Source: Pseudoalteromonas tetraodonis (lineage in GTDB: Bacteria > Pseudomonadota > Gammaproteobacteria > Enterobacterales > Alteromonadaceae). Taken from it: DNA of 32,000 bases. The notes beneath the pieces are model-generated. The model was not told the DNA's origin. It worked only from the letters and a program-made list of their open reading frames with translations, and did no database searches. Below, piece by piece: positions 1-7,431 of the stretch (position 1 is the first letter of the stretch; each line of letters begins with the position of its first letter). The translations under genes were made by a program, and so were the position numbers. The stretch lies in the NCBI RefSeq assembly GCF_002310835.1, contig NZ_CP011041.1, positions 2,700,001 to 2,732,000 on the forward strand, written 5' to 3'.

Positions 1-820
1 GTTTTGCGCCTTCAATACGTGATAACGAAAGTAACTGATTCACTAAACTATCCATGCGTTTACATTGCTCTAGCATGGTAGTTTGTGCTTTATTCCACAT
101 TGCAGGCGGAGGGAGCGAATCACTGTCGAGCATTTCAAGGTAGCCGGTAACAACCGTTAAAGGAGTTCTGAGCTCATGAGACACATTAGCAACAAAGTCT
201 TTACGCATCTGCTCAAGCTGCTTTAAACGGGTGACATCGCGTACTACCACCAATAACTGAGTGTTAGCATAAGGCATCACCCTAAATTCAAGAACTTGCT
301 CAACACTGTGACCACTTTCAAGCTCCAGTGCATCACTAAACTCTTTACGGCGCATATATTTAGCAAATTTAGGATCGCGAATGAGGTTATCTAAACGCTG
401 ACCATGATCAACCGGCCATTGTAACCCTAACACTTTGAGTGCAAGTTGATTACACCACACAATTGATAAATCGTTTTGCAATACAACAACAGCATCAGGC
501 ACCGCCTCAGCACCGTCACGAAAACGGCGTATCAGCTCTGCCAGCTCGTTACGCTTTTTACGATTACGATGTTGCAGCTGATAGATGCCTTCAAATACTT
601 GCTCCCACGACCCCTCACCTTCAGGTGGGTTAAAGCTGCGCTGATTATGCAGCCAATCACTTAAACGATAAAGTTGATGGTAATGCCACATAAGTAGCGA
701 AAAAGCGCCCAAAAACAACATCAAAAATGGGGCACCAATAAGCATCCCAATTAAAAGTAAAGGTATAAAATAGACAAACAGCCGCTTTGTTAGCGCCTGC
801 TTGTTAATAACTCGATACAT
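1..820 (-). CDS. phoR: Phosphate regulon sensor histidine kinase PhoR, N-terminal ~273 codons (3' end runs off the left edge of the window)
   Basis: Absent from the ORF track because it has no in-window stop. My translation of the minus strand from the ATG at 820..818 gives MYRVINKQALTKRLFVYFIPLLLIGMLIGAPFLMLFLGAFSLLMWHYHQLYRLSDWLHNQ... (two TM segments). It continues in frame to ...VRDVTRLKQLEQMRKDFVANVSHELRTPLTVVTGYLEML, with the H-box VSHE at 184..173. It lies 93 bp downstream of phoB, the classic phoBR order. Confidence 0.9.
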   Translation of the reverse strand, partial: MYRVINKQALTKRLFVYFIPLLLIGMLIGAPFLMLFLGAFSLLMWHYHQLYRLSDWLHNQRSFNPPEGEGSWEQVFEGIYQLQHRNRKKRNELAELIRRFRDGAEAVPDAVVVLQNDLSIVWCNQLALKVLGLQWPVDHGQRLDNLIRDPKFAKYMRRKEFSDALELESGHSVEQVLEFRVMPYANTQLLVVVRDVTRLKQLEQMRKDFVANVSHELRTPLTVVTGYLEMLDSDSLPPPAMWNKAQTTMLEQCKRMDSLVNQLLSLSRIEGAK

Positions 821-913
821 ACACGCTCTTTACCTTATAAACGCTAGCAGACAAGTTGACTGAGCTAGGTTAATAGATTGCTACTTAACTAAGTAAGCTT
901 AATTGTAAGCACA

Positions 914-1603
914 CTATAATTTACTCGAAAAGCGATAACCAGCTCCGCGTACCGTTTGTACTAAGCGGTCGTGTCCAAGCGTAGCAATCGCTTTACGCAA
1001 GCGACGAATATGAACATCTACTGTTCTGTCTTCAACATACACATTCGTGCCCCATACATGATCAAGCAGTTGCTCACGGCTGTAAACCCGCTCTGGATGG
1101 GTCATAAAAAAGTGTAATAGTCTAAATTCGGTTGGCCCCATATCAAGCTCACTGCCCCCTGAGGTAACACGATGCGAAATAGGGTCCAAGCGCAGGCCGT
1201 GCACTTCAATTGCTTCTTCTAAAGAGGTAGGTGCTACTCGGCGAATAACCGCTTTGATACGCGCCATTAACTCTTTAGGTGAAAACGGCTTAGTAACGTA
1301 ATCATCAGCACCGACTTCTAAACCGCGTATTTTGTCTTCTTCTTCGCCGCGAGCAGTCAGCATAATGATAGGGATTTGGCGTGTGTGTTCATTTTGTTTG
1401 AATTTTTTAGCGATTTGAATTCCACTACCACCAGGTAGCATCCAATCGAGTAACACCATATCTGGATAAGGTTCGACCATTGCGGCTATTGCAGAATCAT
1501 AATCTTCTGCCTCAATGGCTTGAAAGCCATTTTGTTCTAAAACAAAAACCAACATTTCCCTGATAGGTGCTTCGTCATCAACGACTAATACTTTACGTGA
1601 CAT
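914..1603 (-). CDS. phoB: Phosphate regulon response regulator PhoB (OmpR family)
   Basis: 229 aa. [18 protein letters not shown]... closely parallels E. coli PhoB ([18 protein letters not shown]). REC domain with DD/D/K residues and a C-terminal winged helix (...[11 protein letters not shown]...[11 protein letters not shown]). Followed by phoR. Confidence 0.95.
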   Translation of the reverse strand: MSRKVLVVDDEAPIREMLVFVLEQNGFQAIEAEDYDSAIAAMVEPYPDMVLLDWMLPGGSGIQIAKKFKQNEHTRQIPIIMLTARGEEEDKIRGLEVGADDYVTKPFSPKELMARIKAVIRRVAPTSLEEAIEVHGLRLDPISHRVTSGGSELDMGPTEFRLLHFFMTHPERVYSREQLLDHVWGTNVYVEDRTVDVHIRRLRKAIATLGHDRLVQTVRGAGYRFSSKL

Positions 1604-1641
1604 TCCAATTTATCTCTTAGGCTATTGAGTAGGTTTCATTA

Positions 1642-1660
1642 TTATGACTAAGTATGACAT
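1642..1660 (-). promoter_or_regulatory. Pho-box-like direct repeat upstream of phoB
   Basis: The minus strand reads ATGTCATACTTAGTCATAA. GTCATA occurs twice with 10-bp phasing, against the E. coli consensus CTGTCAT-N4-CTGTCAT with 11-bp phasing. It lies 39-57 nt upstream of the phoB ATG. phoB is autoregulated in characterised systems. The phasing is off by 1 and no good -10 hexamer follows. Confidence 0.4.
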
Positions 1661-1731
1661 TTTTATTAAAGTGTAACGTCTAAATTAAAATGAGACTAAA
1701 AAAAACACAAAATAGTAACAAAAAATTGAAT

Positions 1732-1749
1732 ATGTCATATTTTTACCAT
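1732..1749 (+). promoter_or_regulatory. Second Pho-box-like element, oriented away from phoB
   Basis: The plus strand reads ATGTCAT-ATTT-TTACCAT (6/7 and 4/7 matches to CTGTCAT, exact 11-bp phasing). Nine nt later comes TAAATA (1759..1764), a plausible -10. The geometry resembles the E. coli pstS promoter. Confidence 0.3.
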
Positions 1750-1825
1750 CTTGAGCAGTAAATAAAAAAGTGGTTTGCAGTAAAGTGAGTCGTTATTAAA
1801 GGCACTATTTATGATATTAACTTGG

Positions 1826-2155
1826 GATCATCAAATTACTAACTAGCAGCTATTTTTAGGCTTAATAATAAAAGTCGGCACCTATTTAGATCAGGTTTAT
1901 TATGATCTTAAATACAAGGATCAGAGTTTTATCAAGCAGATCCCTTTTCGGATCACTATTTTACCCACTAACAAAGCTAAACCAATGATTTACTGTGTGA
2001 TTTTTATCCATTAATTATGATGTTCGACACTTAAAAGTACAAAATGCGTCACTTTAAGCCCTTCACTTAGTAAAGTAATGATCCCAGATAAGGTTAGTTA
2101 GTAATCGAGTGATCCCAGATTTATCGGTAAGTAAAATACTGATCTCTTACAGATC
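1826..2155. repeat. GATC-dense AT-rich non-coding region (10 GATC sites, phased 13-mers and iteron-like units)
   Basis: GATC starts at 1826, 1889, 1904, 1919, 1939, 1951, 2080, 2111, 2141 and 2152. No ORF of 60 aa or more on either strand. See findings for substructure. Confidence 0.7.
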
Positions 2156-2188
2156 AAAAAAGCCAGTGCGTAAGCAACTGGCTTTTTA
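2156..2188 (-). terminator. Rho-independent terminator downstream of fba (bidirectional architecture)
   Basis: Stem AGCCAGT (2161..2167) pairs with ACTGGCT (2177..2183). An inner GC/GC stem closes a GTAA tetraloop. An A-run lies on the left and TTTTT on the right. On the minus strand the hairpin is followed by TTTTTT, 35 nt after the fba stop. Confidence 0.8.
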
Positions 2189-2222
2189 TAATGAGTGCGA
2201 GAGTATCGCCGTTATTGGCTCA

Positions 2223-3287
2223 TTATTTTATTTTTGGGTTTAACTCACCGCTTAAGTATTTAAGGTGCATTTCATCTAATGAAATTGGCTTAATTTTACT
2301 TGCTTGACCCGCCGTACCAAACGCTTCGTAACGAGCGATACAAATATCAGTCATTGCTTGGGTTGCAGCAGCTAAAAACTTACGTGGGTCGAAGTTAGAC
2401 GGGTTCATCGCTAAATGACGACGAATCGCACCGGTAGACGCTAAACGTAAGTCAGTATCAATGTTTACCTTACGCACACCATATTTAATACCTTCAACGA
2501 TTTGCTCAACTGGCACGCCGTAAGTTTCTGGAATTTCGCCACCGTATTGGTTGATCACTTCTAACCACTCTTGTGGAACAGAAGACGAACCATGCATTAC
2601 TAAGTGGGTATTTGGTATACGCGCGTGAATTTCTTTAATACGATCAATTGCTAAAATGTCATCGGTTGGTGGACGAGTAAATTTGTAGGCACCGTGTGAT
2701 GTACCACAGGCAATAGCCAGCGCATCAACATGGGTTTTATTTACAAAGTCTGCCGCTTCTTCTGGATTTGTTAGCATTTGCTCAGTGGTAAGTTTACCCT
2801 CAGCGCCAACACCATCTTCTTCACCCGCTTCACCAGTTTCAAGTGAACCTAATACACCTAGCTCACCCTCTACAGATACGCCACACGCATGTGCCATTTC
2901 AACTGTTTTACGTGTTACATCAACGTTGTAATCGTAGCTTGACGGAGTTTTACCATCACTCATTAACGAGCCATCCATCATTACTGATGAAAAACCTAAC
3001 TGAATTGAACGTTGACATACACCTGGTGATGTACCGTGATCCTGATGCATAACCACGGGGATATGTGGCCATTCTTCAACTGCCGCTAAAATCATATGAC
3101 GAATAAAAGGTGCACCGGCATACGCACGTGCGCCCGCAGAACCTTGTACAATAACTGGGCTGTTTGTTTTATCAGCCGCTTCCATAATTGCACGCATTTG
3201 CTCTTGGTTATTTACATTAAACGCGGGTACACCGTAACCATGCTCTGCGGCATGATCAAGAAGTTGTCGCATACTGATTAAAGCCAT
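2223..3287 (-). CDS. fba: Fructose-1,6-bisphosphate aldolase, class II (354-aa Calvin-cycle/CbbA-like subtype)
   Basis: 354 aa. [27 protein letters not shown]..., metal-binding HQDHG, and GTSHGAYKF and VMHGSS motifs typical of class II aldolases. Last gene of the epd-pgk-fba arrangement. Confidence 0.95.
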   Translation of the reverse strand: MALISMRQLLDHAAEHGYGVPAFNVNNQEQMRAIMEAADKTNSPVIVQGSAGARAYAGAPFIRHMILAAVEEWPHIPVVMHQDHGTSPGVCQRSIQLGFSSVMMDGSLMSDGKTPSSYDYNVDVTRKTVEMAHACGVSVEGELGVLGSLETGEAGEEDGVGAEGKLTTEQMLTNPEEAADFVNKTHVDALAIACGTSHGAYKFTRPPTDDILAIDRIKEIHARIPNTHLVMHGSSSVPQEWLEVINQYGGEIPETYGVPVEQIVEGIKYGVRKVNIDTDLRLASTGAIRRHLAMNPSNFDPRKFLAAATQAMTDICIARYEAFGTAGQASKIKPISLDEMHLKYLSGELNPKIK

Positions 3288-3445
3288 TGGGTATTCTCCA
3301 ATTTATCGGTAGTTATTTTACTACCTAGTTTGAACGGATTTGTTAGTTTGGCGCAATCACTGCGCCATGAATTAAAAGGCAAATGGCCTAAAATTCATAT
3401 TATTAACGACTAAATAAAAGTGAGAGGTATTTACTCGTTAATTGT

Positions 3446-3472
3446 AGCAGATGTGAAATAAGCACATCTGCT
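3446..3472 (-). other. 10-bp-stem hairpin in the pgk-fba intergenic region (mRNA processing/stability element or weak attenuator)
   Basis: AGCAGATGTG (3446..3455) pairs with CACATCTGCT (3463..3472) around a 7-nt loop. On the minus-strand transcript it is followed by ACAAUU, not a U-tract, so it is not a canonical intrinsic terminator. Confidence 0.4.
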
Positions 3473-3498
3473 TTACGGCTAGCTAATACCCAAAGGTA

Positions 3499-4674
3499 TT
3501 ATTTAGCGCGTGATTCTAGCATTGCAACTGCAGGTAGTTTTTTGCCTTCTAAAAACTCTAAGAACGCACCACCACCTGTAGAGATATACGATACTTTATC
3601 ACTAATGCCATACTTATCAATTGCCGCTAGGGTGTCACCACCACCAGCAATAGAAAATGCGCTTGAATCAGCAATCGCTTTTGCAATAGCGCGAGTGCCA
3701 TTACCAAATTGATCAAACTCAAACACACCCACTGGGCCATTCCATACAACAGTGCCCGCATTAGCAATAATTTTTGCAAGTTTGTTTGCTGTATCAGGGC
3801 CAATATCAAAAATCATATCGTCGCTGGTAACTTCGCTTACATCTTTAAGTGTTGCTACAGCTGATTCTGAGAATTCATTACCCACAACAACATCAGTCGG
3901 TACTGGAATTTCACCATTGTTAGCTTTTGCTGCTGCACATAAGCGATTAGCTTCGTCCATTAAGTCAGCTTCAAAAAGGGACTTACCTACAGGATAACCT
4001 GCAGCGGCAATAAAGGTATTAGCAATACCGCCACCGGTAACAAGCTGGTCAACAATTTTAGATAACGAATCAAGTACGGTTAACTTAGTTGACACTTTAG
4101 AGCCACCCACAATCGCCACTAATGGGCGTGCTGGGTTATCAAGTGCTTTGCCTAGCGCTTCAAGTTCAGCCGATAATAATGGACCGGCACACGCTACATC
4201 AGCAAATAAACCTACACCATGCGTTGATGCTTGTGCGCGATGCGCAGTACCAAAAGCATCCATTACGTACACGTCACATAATGCAGCTAATTGCTTTGAT
4301 AAGGTTTCGTCGTCTTTTTTCTCGCCTTTATTAAAACGCACGTTTTCAAAAACAACGACTTCGTTATCTGCAACATCAACGCCGTTTAAGTAATCTTTTT
4401 CTAGGCGAACTGTTTGCTCAAGTGCATCATTTAAGTAATCGACAACCGGAGCCAATGAAAACTCTTCTTCGTATTGCCCTTCCGTAGGACGGCCAAGGTG
4501 TGACATAACCATCACTTTCGCGCCTTTCTCTAACGCTAGTTTGATAGTAGGTAACGCAGCACGAATACGTGCATCTGACGTCACTTTTCCTGCTTTAACG
4601 GGTACATTTAAATCTTCACGAATTAATACGCGTTTGCCGTTTAAATCTAAATCTGCCATTTTAATGACCGACAT
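3499..4674 (-). CDS. pgk: Phosphoglycerate kinase
   Basis: The ORF track gives 3499..4680 (MFMSVIKM...). E. coli Pgk begins MSVIKMTDLDLAGKRV, so I place the start at the second Met (4674). Strong colinearity with E. coli Pgk throughout (...[11 protein letters not shown]..., ...[14 protein letters not shown]...). Confidence 0.95.
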   Translation of the reverse strand: MSVIKMADLDLNGKRVLIREDLNVPVKAGKVTSDARIRAALPTIKLALEKGAKVMVMSHLGRPTEGQYEEEFSLAPVVDYLNDALEQTVRLEKDYLNGVDVADNEVVVFENVRFNKGEKKDDETLSKQLAALCDVYVMDAFGTAHRAQASTHGVGLFADVACAGPLLSAELEALGKALDNPARPLVAIVGGSKVSTKLTVLDSLSKIVDQLVTGGGIANTFIAAAGYPVGKSLFEADLMDEANRLCAAAKANNGEIPVPTDVVVGNEFSESAVATLKDVSEVTSDDMIFDIGPDTANKLAKIIANAGTVVWNGPVGVFEFDQFGNGTRAIAKAIADSSAFSIAGGGDTLAAIDKYGISDKVSYISTGGGAFLEFLEGKKLPAVAMLESRAK

Positions 4675-4724
4675 GAACATCTCCTTAGTTAACGATACTG
4701 AACCTGAAAAATACGTTTTAAATA

Positions 4725-5738
4725 TTACTTAAATGCCATCATAGCACGCGCGGTATCGAGCATGCGATTCGCAAACCCCCACTCGTTATCACACCAAACT
4801 AATAACTTTATCAGTCGTTTATGACTAACACGTGTCTGTGTGCCATCTATGATACAAGAATGTGGGTCATGGTTAAAATCAACCGATACCAACGGCTCTT
4901 CGGTGTAACTTAAAATACCTTCAAGGCGGTCTTTAGCTTGTGCTTTAAGCGCATTATTAACCGCACTTAAATCTACATCTGCATTAACCGTGACACTTAA
5001 ATCCATCGCCGTCACATTAATGGTCGGTACACGGACCGCAATGGCCTCAAAGCGACCTTTAAATTTAGGTAAAATACGGTCTATACCACGGGCTAATTTT
5101 GTATCTACAGGAATAATAGACTGGCTGGCGGCACGCGTACGGCGTAAATCATGATGATACGCATCAATTACTTGCTGATCGTTCATTGACGCATGAATGG
5201 TCGTAATAGCACCTGATTCAATGCCAAAGGCATCATCGAGTACTTTAATAACAGGAACGACGCAGTTAGTTGTACACGAGCCATTAGAGACAATAGTATG
5301 CTCGCTTTTAAGCTCATCGTCATTAATACCGTAAACAATAGTGGCATCAACATCATTATCCGCAGGATGTGAAAACAGCACCTTTTTTGCGCCCGCAGTC
5401 AAATGTAACTGTGCATGCTCACGTGAGTGGTAAACCCCCGTACATTCAAGCACCACGTCAACATCTAACGTTTGCCACGGTAATTCAACTGGATTTTGTT
5501 CACAAAATAACGCAATGGTGTCATCAGCAACGCTGATAGTGTCTTCACCTAGTTTAACTGGAAAAGCAAAACGACCATGAGAGGTGTCGTATTTTAATAA
5601 ATGGGCAATAGCTTCAGGGTCGGCTAGTTCGTTAATTGCAACAATTTTGATCTCGTCGCTTAAGCCTGATTCGTATAGTGCACGGACAATATTTCGACCA
5701 ATACGACCAAAACCATTAATTGCAAGTTTGATTGCCAT
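4725..5738 (-). CDS. epd: D-erythrose-4-phosphate dehydrogenase (GAPDH family)
   Basis: 337 aa. [25 protein letters not shown]..., the active site SNGSCTTNC, ...[18 protein letters not shown]... and ...[15 protein letters not shown]... closely match E. coli Epd. First gene of epd-pgk-fba. Confidence 0.88.
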   Translation of the reverse strand: MAIKLAINGFGRIGRNIVRALYESGLSDEIKIVAINELADPEAIAHLLKYDTSHGRFAFPVKLGEDTISVADDTIALFCEQNPVELPWQTLDVDVVLECTGVYHSREHAQLHLTAGAKKVLFSHPADNDVDATIVYGINDDELKSEHTIVSNGSCTTNCVVPVIKVLDDAFGIESGAITTIHASMNDQQVIDAYHHDLRRTRAASQSIIPVDTKLARGIDRILPKFKGRFEAIAVRVPTINVTAMDLSVTVNADVDLSAVNNALKAQAKDRLEGILSYTEEPLVSVDFNHDPHSCIIDGTQTRVSHKRLIKLLVWCDNEWGFANRMLDTARAMMAFK

Positions 5739-5921
5739 GAAATATAAAATCCACTCTAGTTACGTACAGAGAAAGGCAGCGTCGCCTTTTAGATGGCGGT
5801 ATTGTAATCGACCTTGCCTGTGATTATAAGAGCCAAGCATTAGAAACTTTAAATTAACGTCATAATCAACACACACTGCACTTTTACTTTTAGCCCTGCT
5901 AGTGGGTATTTGCACTGTTTG

Positions 5922-6668
5922 CTATTTTAGTTTTAAATCAAACACCACCTTTATTGATGCTTTAACGCTTATTGTTGCGCCTAAATATTGCTGCTGCATA
6001 AATGGATTCTCGTTATTACTAGCAACCATACTATTTCTGTGGCTAGATAAAATAATGTGCTTAACACCGCCCGCGTCATAATCGTAATCTGAGCTGCTGG
6101 AATTTGCACTGATACTGTAAACGTTGCCAAGTTCAGCGCCAAAAGCTTGAGCGAGCTTATTTCCCTTCGCTTTTGCGTTATCGATTGCTAATTGTGTTGC
6201 CTCTGCCTCTAACTGATTAACTTTAGAGGATAAACCATTAATTTTTTCGATATTGTCTATTTTTAAGCTTTGAGAAAAATTAATAAATTCATCGACTTTT
6301 TTAATATCTTTTAATGTGACTTTAACTGTTTTCAGGGCTAAATACTTATCGCCTGAAACAGTCCCAGATTCTGTACCAATCATAGTGTATACCTTGCTTT
6401 TTAAACCAGATATATAAACATCGTCTTGGCCAAAACCGTATTTGTCTGATTGTTCAAGTAACAAGCTAATCCGGCCATCAAGCTCACGTTTAGCCTCAAG
6501 GAATGTATCTTCAGTGCTTTTTACTTCAAATATAATTTGAGCCATATCAGGCTCAACAAATACCTCAGCTGACCCCTGCACTGCAATGTGACGATTAGCT
6601 GGCACGCTTGAATTAGCAAAAGTAATAAGAGGGAATAAGGTAATAAAAATAGCGATGATAAGTTTCAT
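5922..6668 (-). CDS. SIMPL/DUF541 domain periplasmic protein (YggE-like)
   Basis: 248 aa with a signal peptide (MKLIIAIFITLFPLITFANS). The N-terminal motif ...IAVQGSAEVFVEPDMAQIIFEV... and the C-terminal ...ATISVKASIKVVFDL are characteristic of SIMPL-family proteins. Family assignment is from memory, not a search. Confidence 0.7.
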   Translation of the reverse strand: MKLIIAIFITLFPLITFANSSVPANRHIAVQGSAEVFVEPDMAQIIFEVKSTEDTFLEAKRELDGRISLLLEQSDKYGFGQDDVYISGLKSKVYTMIGTESGTVSGDKYLALKTVKVTLKDIKKVDEFINFSQSLKIDNIEKINGLSSKVNQLEAEATQLAIDNAKAKGNKLAQAFGAELGNVYSISANSSSSDYDYDAGGVKHIILSSHRNSMVASNNENPFMQQQYLGATISVKASIKVVFDLKLK

Positions 6669-6773
6669 ATTCGTTCCTTGAATTCATAATAAATCACACG
6701 TTCCCATAGTTATACAAATAAAAACAAAAGTAAACTGCCTCAGTAATCTAGTATTTATGTATTCTTTATAGTT

Positions 6774-6804
6774 AGGTTGGGTTTCGCTTCGCTCTGCCCA
6801 ACCT
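6774..6804. repeat. REP-like palindromic element (8-bp GC-rich stem, 15-nt loop)
   Basis: AGGTTGGG (6774..6781) pairs with CCCAACCT (6797..6804) around the loop TTTCGCTTCGCTCTG. It overlaps the exonuclease stop codon by 2 nt and has no U-tract on either strand. It resembles the intergenic palindromes scattered through marine gammaproteobacterial genomes. Only one copy occurs in this window. Confidence 0.4.
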
Positions 6805-7426
6805 ATGTCAACTCGCCTACTTTGAGCTCCTTACCGGCGCTTATCTGATGGCATTGGGCTAATAACAACTCAGCAGTGGCTTGTGCATCGGTAAGGGCGT
6901 GATGACAATGATAGCTTGGTAAGTCGTAGCGTTTACGGCATTCATTAAGAGTTAAATCGTCTAATTTTATATCTGAGCTATGTTTTAGCAGACGCTTTTT
7001 TTCTATTTGTAAGGTGTCGATAATCAACTTGGGGCGCTGGGTGATCCCTGCATTTTTTAGTGCTAACTTTAAAAAACCCCAATCGAGCATGGCATTATGA
7101 AATACTAAAATACAGTCACTAAAGTGAGCGCTTAAAGACGTTAAAATGCTTTGTAAACTTTGCCCTTGTGCCACCGAGTCAGTACTAATGCCATGAAAAA
7201 CGGGGCTCTGCTCTAGACTTTTCACCTCTTTATTAACCAAATGCTGCGACTGACTGTTTTTGATACATTCGTTATCAATCAGTACCCAAGCAACCGAGAC
7301 AATTTCATGTTGTTTAGGATCAAGCCCTGTTAATTCCAAATCAATCACTAAGTAACGTTGCTTTAAAGCACTTTGCATGAGCAAGTGGCGGCGCTTTAAA
7401 TAACGAGTAATAAGCTGCTTAACCAT
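6803..7426 (-). CDS. DEDDh 3'-5' exonuclease (DnaQ/epsilon-like domain protein)
   Basis: 207 aa. Exo I is VIDLELTGLD, Exo II is FHNAMLDWGFL and Exo III is HHALTDAQATAELL (H-x4-D). The start lies 5 bp after the stop of the upstream DUF294 gene, so the two are probably co-transcribed. Confidence 0.8.
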   Translation of the reverse strand: MVKQLITRYLKRRHLLMQSALKQRYLVIDLELTGLDPKQHEIVSVAWVLIDNECIKNSQSQHLVNKEVKSLEQSPVFHGISTDSVAQGQSLQSILTSLSAHFSDCILVFHNAMLDWGFLKLALKNAGITQRPKLIIDTLQIEKKRLLKHSSDIKLDDLTLNECRKRYDLPSYHCHHALTDAQATAELLLAQCHQISAGKELKVGELT

Positions 7427-7431
7427 TGTTG

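Noticed and set aside
439-664. ORF-track entries 439..633 (+) and 476..664 (+)
   Set aside because: Both lie antisense inside the clearly recognisable phoR reading frame (minus strand, open from 820 to the window edge). They are shadow ORFs.
1690-1988. Small ORFs in the spacer: 1690..1761 (+, 23 aa, MRLKKTQNSNKKLNMSYFYHLEQ) and 1902..1988 (+, 28 aa, MILNTRIRVLSSRSLFGSLFYPLTKLNQ)
   Set aside because: Neither has a recognisable Shine-Dalgarno sequence. Their composition is low-complexity and AT-driven. They overlap the repeat and Pho-box structures that better explain the sequence. Nothing argues for translation.
1826-2155. Calling the GATC-rich spacer the bona fide chromosomal oriC
   Set aside because: There is no 8/9 or 9/9 DnaA box; the best matches are two 7/9 sites. 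I saw no base-level alignment to the E. coli-type oriC beyond the GATCs. The flanking genes (phoBR, epd-pgk-fba) are not the mnmG/mioC/dnaA context expected in this lineage. It is kept as a finding and not annotated as an origin.
4675-4680. MF- extension at the pgk start
   Set aside because: Comparison with E. coli Pgk (MSVIKM...) favours the second Met. The difference is only two codons and either start is possible.
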